DNA from: Perna viridis
Taxonomy: Eukaryota
NCBI GenBank assembly: GCA_037379345.1
Contig: CM074511.1
Coordinates: forward strand, 1,488,001 to 1,552,000
Direction of reading: 5' to 3'
Length of the DNA: 64,000 bases
Shown here: positions 15,001 through 28,700 of the stretch, piece by piece
How positions within the stretch are numbered: position 1 is the first letter of the stretch
Layout: each line of letters starts with the position of its first letter
Made by a program: the position numbers and the translations under genes
The notes under the pieces: generated by a model
The model's database searches: none
The model's input: only the letters and a program-made list of their open reading frames with translations
What the model was told of the DNA's origin: nothing

Positions 15001-18000
15001 AGACATCTATTGACTATAAAATGGTTTGATGATGAAAGTTTTGTGTTATTTTTTCTCAACAATTATAAGGTATTACAAGTATCTCAAATCTAGACTGAAC
15101 ACTTAAAGCAGCTCAGAAATACATGTATCTCAATTCTAAACCAAACACCTTAACATGTTCAGTACTACACATATCTCAAATCTAAACTGAACACTTAAAC
15201 CAGCTTGGTACTACATGTATCTGAAATCAAGACTGAACATTTAAACCAACTCAGTACTTCATGTACCTGAAATCAAGACTGAACACTGAAACCAGCTTGG
15301 TACTACATGTATCTGAAATCAAGACTGAACATTTAAACCAACTCAGTACTACATGTACCTGAAATCTAGACTGAACACTTAAACCAGCTTGGTACTACAT
15401 GTATCTGAAATCAAGACTGAACACTTAAACCAACTCAGTACTACATGTACCTGAAATCAAGACTGAACACTTAAACCAGCTTGGTACTACATGTACCTGA
15501 AATCTAGACTGAACACTTAAACCAGCTTGGTACTACATGTACCTGAAATCTAGACTGAACACTTAAACCAGCTTGGTACTATAAGTATCTCAAATCTAGA
15601 CTGAACACTTCAACCAGCTTGGTACTACAAGTATCTCAAATCTAGACTGAACACTTCAACCAGCCTGATAATACATGTTTAAAATGTAGACTGAACACTT
15701 GAACCAGCTTGGTAATATCTGTATAGACTGAACATTTTAAAGCTACATGTATCTCAAATATAGACTGCACACTTTAACCTATTAACCTACATGTATCTCA
15801 AATATAATGTGCCTTTGCAGTATCTAAGCCAACATTTGACCTAATAAAGATTGACCAAGTGAGTGTTTTTTTTTCCTGATCTGTTTCTGTTTCAGTCAAG
15901 CATGTACCATCAACACAATACACCAGGTATAGTATTTCAAGTGTTCTTTCTTTGATATGAAGGAATCACAGCACTAAACATATAAAATACACTCATACAT
16001 GTATATGTTAATAGTAACTAAGGGAACCATGTAAGGTCAATGATATCATGTTACTTACGCATCATCACTATGAACTTCACAATCAAAGAAGATGAAGTTG
16101 GTGGTCACAAACAGAGTATTGTTGATGACAACTGAAAGGTTCATGTTGATATAATCTGAAAAAAGATTAAAATCAAAATAAATATTCAAGTTTTACCTGA
16201 GCGTCAGATGTTCATTATTGAAATTCTTTTTCTGTTTCATTTATAAAATGACAAGTTTTATAAGACAGACAGACAGAGACACAAGACAACATATCTATGT
16301 TATACTTAGTTTACTTAGATGATACAGACATTCTAATGTTCTCAATTGACTGGGAACAGTTGAAGGAGACCCTTCTTTTGTGGTTTCTTGCATTGGAAGA
16401 GTTAACACATTAACAGAATTTTTTTTACCACCAACCAATGAGGTCTCTATTAGGAGAAGTACATATAAAGTATCAATGATAGTAATAAAACTTCATCAAA
16501 AATCAACAAGACACAGCAAGTTTAGAAATGAGTTACATATAAGATATCTCTCAGTAACATAACTCCATATAATGAAAGCAAGCCTTATAAGTGAGCAAGC
16601 ATTCATCTCATAGATTTATCTTATTTATACAGAAATGGCATTGGTGTACCAATAACTTGGCTATTATTGATAATTTGCTACTAATTGTCCATGGAAGTCA
16701 ACAAACAATAAGACATTACTCCCTTCATGTCACAAACAGAGAAAGGAAAAATTAAATCAAAGTGCTGATAGCACTGGCAGTTTTTGATTCTTGTGAAAAT
16801 TGTAGCATGAACAAAATTCAAATATTATATGATGTTAAATAAAATTGTGATCATACATTGCATTTAAAATACTATGAAGAACTGTCCTTTTTTAATATGT
16901 ATAAACTGAAAGCTAATCTATACTACTGATTCAACTTCACACACATTTACAATTTTTGTTCCACTTCACCTTTTTCCCCAATTTTAAATATAGAAAAACG
17001 TTTACGTGCATTTACATTCAAAAGTTATATTAACAGAGTATTTATCCTACATAACGATTAAATTTAAATAAAACCAATATCAGCTGAAGAAATAATTTCC
17101 GTAACACAAGATTTTCAAAAACTAGACACTTTAATCAATTTGAATTTTCCTGCAGTCCCTCAAATCTTGAGTTGATATGAAGACTAGATCTTAACTTTAT
17201 TTGTATGAATAACAGAATATTATTGAGCTGATATATTGCAAGAAGTATGTTTACTTGTTATAAAAGAGGTATTGAATGATATAAAAGGAATTACATCTGG
17301 ACTATATTTGTGTAGTGTTCAGAAATAGTAGGGAAGTTCCAGTGATTGACCGGTGACATAAGGTATTTTGATCCTAAAGGATCAAAAACCCCAAAATAAT
17401 CCCAGAGACAAAATCTCTTGCTTAAGTAGTAATAAAAATTGAGTTTTAACACATCCATCTGAAGATGTTAAAAGAAACTAAGTCCATACTATTGACTTAC
17501 ATCATTTACATACATGTATTTAACCATAATGTTTTATCTGAAGACAACATGAAAAAAACTTTTTTAACTAAAACAATTTTATCCATGGCAACCTTTCAAG
17601 AAAAACTTCTAATGTTTGATTTACCACTTCCCTATTATAAAACTTAAAGAAGAATACCTACAATAAACGTGTTGTTGTCTTATGCTTCATTAAGATTCAA
17701 TTTGGCACTTTTCATGTACATGCACTTTAAACTAGTAACAAGTTCAAAAACTGCATAAAGCTAGAGCTTTTAATACCCCTGCCAATATGTGTATGATGTT
17801 AAAAAAGGAAAAGATCACATGATTTTCATCATTTCCCTCAGGGTGATACATCCACATATCTAAGTCCATTGAGATATAGCCAAGACGAATGATCAAGAAG
17901 AACTCATGGTGATACAACCACATATCAAAGCCCATTGTCAAAAGACATGAAAGATATAGCCAAGATGAAGGACAAAGAAGAAATGGTGATATACCCACAT

Positions 18001-21000
18001 ATCTAAGCCCACTGTCAAAAGACATGAAAGATATAGCCAAGATGAAGGATCAAGAAGAAATGGTGACACATCCACATATCTAAGCCCATTGTGATAAAGC
18101 CAAGACGAATGATCAAGAAGAACTCATGGTGATACATCCACATATCTAAGCCCATTGTGATATAGCGAAGACGGAGTATCAAGAAGAACTCATGGAGATA
18201 CAACCACATATCTAAGCCCATTGTGATGTAGCCAAGACGAATGATCAAGAAGAACTCATGGTGATAAATCCACACATCTAAGCCCATTGTGATATAGCCA
18301 AGACAAAAGATCATGAAGAATGAAAAAAAAAAGAAAGTGCATGTTATGTCCACTTCAAAGATAACAGAAATTTAATGAAAGATTCCAATACTGCTAAAGG
18401 CATCAGCTACATATGCTCCAGGGAGACAATACACTTAACCCCTCTTCCAAACAAAACTAAAATTCATAATGACATATACAAAAGTTTAAATCAGAATTCT
18501 ATAATCCATTTATATTTCTCATAATGATGCAACTAAGTCCCTAAAAAACATGCAAAGTCCTAGGAAGTGTAGAAAACTATCAGTATGGAATAATACTGCA
18601 TAATTCACAGGCACTAGAATTAAACTTTAGTGAGAATTATGCAATGAAATTCCCAAAGTACAGCACCAAATCTACTTCATGGTTTTTATTTATCATTTAT
18701 AACCAGCTGAAATAGAATTTTGTGCTGATTATGTAATTCATTACAATACTTTGACATGTTTTTTAACTTCCTTCATTTAAAGCCTGAATAAGGCTTCATA
18801 CAGGAATACAGTATTATAATACAATTCCCTTGACATCACAAGTTTTTTCTCCAAAGAAAGGAACATATATTTATCATGACACATTAAGATCAACTAATAT
18901 AGTATTAGGTATCATTATATTTTTATAACTGTCTAACAATAATTGTATAACAGTCTTTATGACATTACATAATTAACAATAAAACTATAAACACAACAAC
19001 AAAAGGGTCATTCAAAATCAGAGGGGTTAATATTCAGGACAAACTGTATACACCATAGGTTGTCTTCAATGAAGGCACTCAAGACAAGGCATTATCACAA
19101 CAGTATGTCAAAGATTTCTTTAGAAAAACAATATACTTATGTGTTGAGTACAGTGTACCACTGTTTATATCATATATTCTATGTAAAAATGATCTGCAGA
19201 AAAAAACAGGAGTTTGTATCTAGATTCTGGTTAACTCTGTAATATTATTGATATCGCAGTCTTAAAGAGCAAAAAAAAAGAGTGATGTTTCTACATGATA
19301 ATAGTAAACCTGTCATCACACTTGATGGTGAAGATGTAACACTGATGTGGTCACATCTTATAGTAATGCCAGATATATGTGGCAAGGACTAGATTTCCAA
19401 TCAAATGTTTGTTTTGCACTTTATTTTTTTTCTTTATATTTATTCTTCTTCTTTTTTCTATAGAAACATAACTAATTTGAGCTTAAAGAAATATAGACAT
19501 GATGTTTAATGCAAGATTAAAGAAAGTGGAAGATTGGACAAGTTGGCAACAGTCAAGGGATTATTTAGTTTAATAAAAAAAATATTTTTTCTATATTGGC
19601 AGAATGAAAAATCTTCAGCATTTGAGAAAACATGATTACAGCAGATCATAAAATGTGGAATAGAATTTTTTAAATTATCATGAAATCTACAAAATAGAAT
19701 TTGAAATATGAGAAATGCATTACATCCATTATAAAACAACACTCACGCCCAAAATCCTTGAGAGTTCATTTGCTTTTCTGCTACTAATTTTATCTCACTT
19801 TAATCAAAATGTTAAAGAGCAAGTTTGCATCATGGGTAAATTAAGTTAATATTGTAACAAGGTGCAAGCACTTGCACGTGGTAAAAGAAAACAGAAAAAA
19901 AATGCCAACAGAACCAAGGAATTCACTAAAAAAACTATTATTGAGTGCAATGTGGTAACCATGTCTGATTGTGATTATGTAATGCTGTCAACGGAATGAC
20001 GAATATCCAAATTTAAGTCATTTTCCCACAGAACATAGCACTAACAATACAAAAAAAAAACATTTAAAGCATCCTATGGAAGATACATGATATCAAAACA
20101 ATAAAAACTATACAGGAACATTCTTCAAAAATAAATTACACCATAGATGTCAAAATATGAAATTAAAATGGATTTTTTTTTTTGCAGACTTTGAAGTGGT
20201 TGGCATAACGAAGAATGTCATGGTAATCCATATCACTAACAAAAGATGGAAATCATGTGACTTAGATTCCATGGAAATATACTTTTATGAGATGAGTGTT
20301 GACAGCTATGCTTCAAACAGTAATCAAAACCTAGATGATCAGAGGATATATTCCTCGTTACAGAGATACTTTGAACACTCTTTGCCTCAGGAGATCTATC
20401 TTCTATATGGTTGAAAAATACTGCCATTTCTCATACAAAGCAGAATATTTCTGACATCTTAGTTGGTCTTTATGAATGAACATTGAACAAGATGTTAGAT
20501 ATTGTAACTTGTGGGAATGTTTGACACTTAACTTCAAAACATTCCACCACCCCAAACAAATATGTAGACAAGATATTATCTCCCTTTGTCAGAGAGGGAT
20601 ACACCCATTGTCTAACTGCATACATGTACAATCTTAAATCAACTAATTACAATTGCTTAATCATTTATATGTCATATATTGGCTTTGATTTAAAGTTTTA
20701 TGTTTCAGAAAACAAGATATTATTTTACCACAAATATTTTGTACTTGACAGAGTTCATATCGTAAGTACATTTGGCTTTTGTAAAATTACCTTGGGTATT
20801 TTTTACCCAAAAAAGTTATGAATTCAAAAATTAGATTACCTTTACTGTCGACATTTTATCCTATTAATATGATTATTACAAATAATTCAAATTTTATTTA
20901 AAATATAGCTATGACCTTTGACATTTAGCCAGTCAACAATGATACAACCTATAAAAATTAACTCCTCACATCTTAACTAAAATGTATGGATTGGGTAGAC

Positions 21001-24000
21001 TCAATAACTATTTGGTAAAGAGGTTAGCCAAAACTTTTAAGTAAAGAGTTATTGTATCATAACTTAGGTTCTCATTTCTAACCATTCAATAATATTAATT
21101 TAGCCAAATGTAAAATGCAAACTGTCAAAAAAAAACTACCAGTAGATCTGATATATATTAGACCACTTATAGGGTTACTTCTAGCAATTTAAAAATTGTC
21201 AGGATTAGCCCTCTTCTTTACAGAATATCCTAAGGCCATTGTTTTCAGTGGAATTTTATCAAACTGAATTTACAAGCTTGGATTATTCTATTCAATCAAA
21301 GTCACTCCCACGACATGATATATCGGTAAATTTGTTAAACAAAAATTACAGGAAAGTACATTTATGAATTTGGCCAAGCTATCTATTGCCTATTACAATG
21401 TAGTAATTTGAACTGTTGAAACCTTCACAATCTGTCAATCAGCACTCATAAATATTATTGATCAATGGTTACAAGAGTTGCAAAATGGTAATATTAACCT
21501 AGCTGTACTTGTAAATTAAAAAAAAACGGCCTTAGTGGATCATGATATTCCATGTAGAAAACTGAAGATGTATCAATTTTGTGACAAGTCTGTAAATTTC
21601 CTAAAATCTTATTTAAGTGAAAGAACACAACAAGTAAACATCCACGATGTCTCATCAGAGAAGACAAATTAAACATGGTGTTCCTCAAGGTTGAATTCTT
21701 GGGCCTCTGCTATTTGTATTATTCATCAATGACTTATCCCTAATAGCTGTAAAACTGACTTATATGCAAATGACACTACTTTGCATATAACAGGGAGAAA
21801 TACCAATGACTTGCAGAGAGAAATGCAAAATGAGTTATTTAATATAGAAAAGTAGTGTAAGAATAATAACATGTACATTAATTCAAACAAAACTAAACTT
21901 ATGTTAATTGGGACAAGACAAAGATTGTTATCACTAACTTGTCAACCAGAACTGAAAATTCTATCAGATGTAAAACAAGTCATAATGCAAAACACTACTT
22001 GGTGTAAAAATTGACAACTGTCTAACATGAAGAGAACCCAATTTGTAAAAAAAAGCTGTCTTCTAGAATTTATTTACTGTCAAAAATAAATTACTTTCCT
22101 AGTATAAAAACAAGGAAAACTTTCTATAATGGTTACATAGTACCTCTGATAGATTACTGTTGTATTGTATGGGGTCGATGTAGTAATGTGAAGTTGAATA
22201 GAATATTGAAACTAAAGAAGAAAGCAGCTAGATTGATACTAAATGCTGACTATATGTCATTATACGTCACCCTCTGCCCCATTATTCAGACAACTTGGTA
22301 TTATAAATGTTGATCATAGGATTAAATATCATAAATATTTGCTTAAGCATAAAATAGGTAAAGGTCTGGCTCCAAAATATCTTATAGATAAGTTCAACTA
22401 TGCTTCTACAAATCACACTTACTTGATGAGAAGCAAAAAAACCAAAATGTTTGTAGTCCAAAAACCCAAAATTGAACTTTACAGAAAATCTTTTGAATAT
22501 TCTGGTTCAATTTTATGGAATTAATTACCCAGTACATTATGTAATATTTCAAAGACAAATTGCTTTAAACATAAAATCAAGCAGAATTGGAGTGACAAGT
22601 GATTTATTAACCAATACAGCTGTGTCTATGTATTTTATAACAATAATACATACTTGTATTAGTAACTTTTCTTTCGTTTGTTTTTTGTTTTGTTTTTCTT
22701 GTACTATTTTGACATGTTTGTAAACAGACTTATGTGTATATAATTTCTGACTCCATTTGTGTTGCACGAGTTCCTCGGGGAAGTTCTTGTAAACTTACTG
22801 TGTTACCCTCTCAAAATACAATGTATTATTTGTAGTAGTAGTTGTAGTACTTTCATAGAACTACCCAATAATTGTAAATCATGGTTATATACTTCTTGGA
22901 GCACAGCTAAAATCATTTCAAAAAATATCAACAAGGTTTCAAATAGCTCTTACTGCTCTAGAATCTCTTGACATCTATCTGTTCTATTGACTACACAATT
23001 TATATGTAATAAGCAATGAAGAAATTGATTAATGAATACAACTCAATATTTTTCTTTATAAAATAACATTTCACTTTTTAACCAGGTAATGACAATGTTA
23101 AGCCCTTAAAAGCCGTATGTTAATATCAGCATTAACAAATAAGGAAGAGCCCAAACTCTTCGTCACACATTCTCTGCACCTCTAACAATAGATAAGTTTC
23201 ATTAAAGACTTTTAATTAAAAATCCCAAATACCAGTTAGTAATCTAGACTTCTAATTTCTTGTATTCTTTGTCATAAATTCTTTTGTCAATGACCCGAAT
23301 TTAATCCTATGAATCCCACTAGGAGGAAATGCAATCAATTTCACTAGTTTTAACTCTTAACAGATTAGGGTAATGAAAAAACTTTGTCTTAAACCTCTCC
23401 TGAATCAATGATTTTATTTAATATATAAGACCAAAACCCTAATATTCTAATAATTATGTCTGCAGATATAGCAATAAAGTGGAATATAGAAATACCTTTA
23501 CCTCTAGGTCACTCAAGGTCAGGATGCAGGTGGAATCAAATAGTACTTATTTTTTCATTACATTTAGATTTCTACTTATGTAGATTCCTTATTGGAATCT
23601 AACTGATGCTTGGATGGCACTTGTCACTACACATTAACACACAATTAAACCAATGAAATGCTATAAACTAAGCAACAGTAAAAGGTTAAAATTGATCATG
23701 GATAATGTTGACATAAAGGACATCTTTCTATCTGTTTTACCATGACACTACAAATGAAGGACCCATTCTTAGTTAAGTACAGGAAGACACCTTCCAAGAG
23801 ACTACACTCATATTACAGTTTTTGGTCAGATCTCTATCAAAATACACCAGGTTTAAGTCATACTTCATTTCAAGGGTCAGATAACATCAAAACTCAAGAT
23901 GGTTTTTAAATTATTACAAAAATACTATTTAAGAATTGTAAAAAAAAACTATTCAACAGTCAACCCAAAAACAAAAGCCAGTGGATAAACTTATAAAGGG

Positions 24001-25701
24001 GTTAGAGGAAGTTAACCATTGTGACAGGAAAATATAGTACTTAGTTTTCCTGAACAGAAGTCTGGCATTGATGACATTGTTTATTGTATGATACAAGGAC
24101 CCTGACTAATACTAGACAGATACACATCGAACTTGAAATAATCACTGGATAACTACATCTATGGACACCAGATAAGACTGATAAAATATTGTTCATTGGA
24201 AGAGAAAAAAAAAACAGGAAAATTAAACAAATGGTGCACTTCCCTCTATTGTAATAAGTTATAAATTAATACGATATACTGATCAGTGTTACCAGCAGTT
24301 ATAGTTCTCACTGGTTTCTTGTAAATATACCAAAATCTTTTATTGAATGCAGACTAAGCGCATGTCTGTAACAGAAATTTGTGAAGGGGAGGGGGTTACA
24401 TCAACTCACGAATCTAGACTTTAATAGTCAGACTTCAATCTATCAATCTAAATGCCAAGTTTAATAGTGCTTGTTGGTTTCAAAGGGGGTTCATCAGAAC
24501 CCCTCGAACCCTTCCCCCCTGGCCATGAAGTGTTAGCAATGTCAGGGGTCAATGAACATCAATGGCTCAAAATCATTCTGTCGAAAATGATTGTGTTTAA
24601 CTTTTAATGCCCCTGCACAGGGGGTATTCTATGATGTCTCCCATTACTCCTTGGTAATAACCAATAATTTTGCATTGCATCATCAAAAGTCACAAATAGC
24701 TCCATCCCTCATAGGCAAAGCCTAAGTCATATATCTATGATTGTACATTTACTGGCAGCTACTCTTGGTTTCTTACCTTGATCAACAGGGAATTGTGGGA
24801 TAGTGTTTGGTGGTGGTGTTTCACATGTAACAGTATTAGATGATGTTCTGTTAGCCTTGGTGTGAAGGATAGTCCTGCCTGCAGAAAACTGACACTTGAA
24901 TGGTCCTGCACTCATTGGTAGGTTGGAGATGTTCAATGTCAACTGAAATTACATGGTAACATTTATCAATTAAAAACCATTTGTAAGTAGTTAACATGTG
25001 ATAATTGTATCTGGTATTATCGGTTATATGCTGTGTTGTATATTTTTCACCATAAATGCCTACAACTATTTCAATAGAAACACTATTCACCCACTTTAGC
25101 AAAATATTTCAAGGATAACAAATACTTTATGTGCAGACAAACATATTCATGTACTACTTAATTCACATACATGTTTTTTTTTATTATTTGATAAATGTAA
25201 CAGGAGACACTTTCAAAGCAGAGACAAAACAGCATAAAATGTAGACTATTTCAATTGTTGAATTCTTAAAATACCTCAAATTAGGTCATGTTAGAATTAT
25301 GAAGCAGTACATATTGAAATGCTCTAATAATCATTTCTCCATTAGTTCTTATTCCTTACAACTTTGCTTATCTCAATTAATACTGCATGTTTACTGATAA
25401 TATCTTTATATCAAGAATTCAGTGTCTGGTTTCATAAAAAATCTCAATTTGAGATTCTCCTCCAATCCTTCAAATTTACACAAATCAGATCACTTGAAAT
25501 TGAAAATTTAAAGAACAGGCACTTAGGAGCCTGAATCGCCCATCTGGTTGAATTTTGCCTTTCAAAGGCAATAAACTTAACAAGAAGTTGTCCAACAATT
25601 TTCACTCAAGAAGTCTTTGGTAGGGCTTATCATAAGGATCTTTTCAACAAATGAAAGTTTCTTTTTATCTATCACTGTTTTCAAGATATTGACTGAAAAC
25701 T

Positions 25702-25736
<35 letters not shown>

Positions 25737-28700
25737 ATGTTTCCCCTTTCAAAGGAAATAACTATTACAAGGAGTCAGGTCTCACTAACCACCTCCGGGA
25801 CAAATGGACCCCCCACCCCCCACCCCCACCTATGTAGTACCAAAAACACACTGAACATAGAAATATGCATTGTAAGTGCATTATTTCTGTGTGTATTCTG
25901 ATCAAAAGTAGTTAAAATAAAGCTGAGAATGTGTACTTTAAAATCATATCTGTAATTTACTACAAAAGTGTATGAATATTGCTTATATGTGTGAGTAATT
26001 TGCCTCCATGATGTCTGTTAGCAGAAAAGGTAAAACTGTGGATTTTCAGTATTATTTATTCAAGTAAATTTTGTGAAGAATTTCTACGGTCATCATACCA
26101 TTAGAATAATGATTTTGAAAGCCTTATTTTCCAAGCTTCGCAATGGTACGCAACTTTTTGGTGTCATTTGTCCTGGGAATTCACAGTGAAACATTGAAAA
26201 TTACTTGTTTAACATGTAAAGTAATGGAAACTTTAGAAGTGGTTAGTGAGACCTCATCTGACAACTATTATCCCTAAGGACTTAAGTAGTCCTAATAATA
26301 AGGATCATTTCAGCTATTGAAAGAATTTGGCTTAACCTTATGGTTTTGGAGTTATGTGCGAAAAACTACTGTCTGACCCATACACTGTATTTCTATTTTT
26401 AGTAACTGCTACCATGTTTTTTGACGGATCAATAATCCACATATCAGTTCTATGCAGGTTACACCAAAAAACATTCGTACCAAGTTTGGTTTCAATTGAT
26501 CAAATAATGTCAGATTTTTGAAAGAAATGACATTAAAAATAGTAAAAATCGTTGAAAAAGGGCAATAACCCCAACATGGCTTAATGGATTAAAACTAAAA
26601 TTTGACCTGAGATAGATCTCATCATGCTTAACACTTTTACCCAGTCAGAATTTAGTTAAACCTAACAGTTTTGGAGATGTATATGAAAACTACTGTCTGA
26701 CACCTACGTTCTATTTTTAGTAACGGTGGCCATGTTTTATCGACGAATCAACTATTCCCACATCAGTTCTATACAGGATACCCCAAGGAACATTCATACT
26801 ATGTTTGGTTTCAATTGGTCAAGTATTGTCAGAGGAGAAGATTTTTGAAAGAAATAAAATTAAAAATAGCAAAAATCGTTGAAAAAGTGCAATAACTCCA
26901 ACATGGCTTAATGCATTAAAACTAAAATTTGACCAACGATAGATCTCATCATGCTGAACACTTCTACCCCATGTCAGAGTTAAGTTAAACCTAACAGTTT
27001 TGTTGATATATTTGAATACCACTGTCTGACCCTATGTTATATTTTTAGTAATGGCGGCCATGTTTTATCGACAAATCAACCATCCCCACATCAGTTCTAT
27101 ACAGGATATTCCAAGGAACATTCATACAAAGTTTGGTTTCAATTGGTCAAGTAGTGTCAGAGGAGAAGATTTTTGAAAGAAATAACATTAAAAATAGCAA
27201 AAATTGTTGAAAAAAGGCAATAACTCCAACATGGCTTAATGGATTAAAACTAAAATTTGACCAGAGATAGATCTCATCATGCTGAACACTTTTACCAGGT
27301 CAGAATTTAGTTAAACCTAACAGTTTTGGAGATGTATGTGAAATCTACTGTCTGACACCTATGTTCTATTTTTAGCGGCCATGTTTTTCGATGAATCAAA
27401 AATCCCCATATCAGTTCAATGCAGAATACCCCAAGGAACATTTAAACTAAGTTTGGTTCTAATCAGTCCAGTAGTTTCAGAGGAGAAGAGTTTTGTATAA
27501 TTGTTAACAACGAAGACGGACGACAACGACGACAGACGCCAAGTGATGGCAATAGCTCACATGGCCTTTGGCCAGGTGAGCTAAAAACGGAGGATCTGAG
27601 GAAATTCTCAAATTGAGACTCGAGGCGGCCAGAAGTGTAAGGCATAAGCCAACCACAAGCATGGTAAAGACTAATAGGAAACTAGCATTTACAGATGACA
27701 ACCACATGTTGAACGGTAAATAGCATGTGACGAAATAACAGAAATTCCAATATTTATCTTGAAATGACTACAAAAAAATAAGTTTTTAAAGTTTATTCTC
27801 AATATGAGCATTTAAAAGACTGACACAAACATCCGATTTTGTTTGCTGAAGTAAAAAAAAATGACCAACATGGACTGTCAAAATTTCTGGAGCCTGATAT
27901 TAAACATACTTTTGAGAACAAATTATAGCTCTCTCTGTAACCACGGACCTTTAATCAAACATGTCTCTATTGGGCTAAATGTTACCACTGTCATATGAAA
28001 CTAATTGGAAATCTGAGCCTGAAGATCTTCTGTCTGTCTCAGCAACATTTATCATCAGTATGTCACTGTAGATATTGTATTGTGACAGAAACTTTGATGC
28101 ATTACTGCCCTTATAGGAATTACAGGACCCTAAATCTACTTCTCATGCAAGTAACATTCTTGGTATTTCATCAATGACATATTTTACCATATTTTGCTTG
28201 CATAACTTGACAATCGTGAGAACCTTAGGAAAATAATTTGTTTGTTTGACAGACCAATTATACACTAGTAAATAATCTCATCCTTTATAAGGCATCCCTA
28301 TCTCACCTAATGTGACCCTAATGTGACCCTCTTGCTATCGTGTACTTCACGTATTTCCCTGTGACTAAGACACCATTCCTTACAGCATCATTTCTTCACA
28401 TTTGTTTTTTATCTCGTTAATCATAATTTAGTATAAAACCATGTATCAAATATGTACAGCGAGTGTGTAATTTAATGCATTACTAAGGCCTAAATTACAT
28501 TGCCAATTTGCATGCTTCTTACAATTCCATTTCCTTAAACTGTCGATCCAATCTGAAACAACCCGTCTCTCCTTACAGATTCTCTCAAACAGCAATTTAC
28601 AAATATGGAAACCAGTTGATTCACAGGAAGTTACTGATTTCAACTGTCCAGATTTACTGTGATAGGGACTTATTTCCATAAACAGATAGTCTCAGTATTT

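Larger units (their letters stand above)
25510..27587 (+). mobile_element. Non-autonomous Helentron-type element (HINE / DINE-1-like) with internal tandem repeats
   Basis: 3' end has a (gac)n-like microsatellite, then hairpin tagctcacatggcc-ttt-ggccaggtgagcta (27553-27583) and an A-run; 5' end aacaggcacttaggagcctgaatcgcccatctgg carries a degenerate subterminal inverted copy of ccaggtgagc; internal satellite-like array. Confidence 0.75.
25425..27633. mobile_element. Putative old inverted-repeat (MITE-like) element split by a HINE insertion
   Basis: Left tctgg..tctcaatttgagattctcctccaatcct (25425-25469) is inverted relative to right aggatctgaggaaattctcaaattgaga..ccaga (27591-27633); AGTG flanks both ends (25421-24, 27634-37). 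Confidence 0.5.

Noticed and set aside
22243-22524. 93-aa ORF as a host gene
   Set aside because: It is the C-terminal part of the decayed LINE ORF2; upstream RT motifs carry stops and frameshifts
25706-25733. A28 run as a retrocopy poly(A) tail
   Set aside because: It lies inside the HINE body with no upstream polyadenylated unit or TSD; likely slippage
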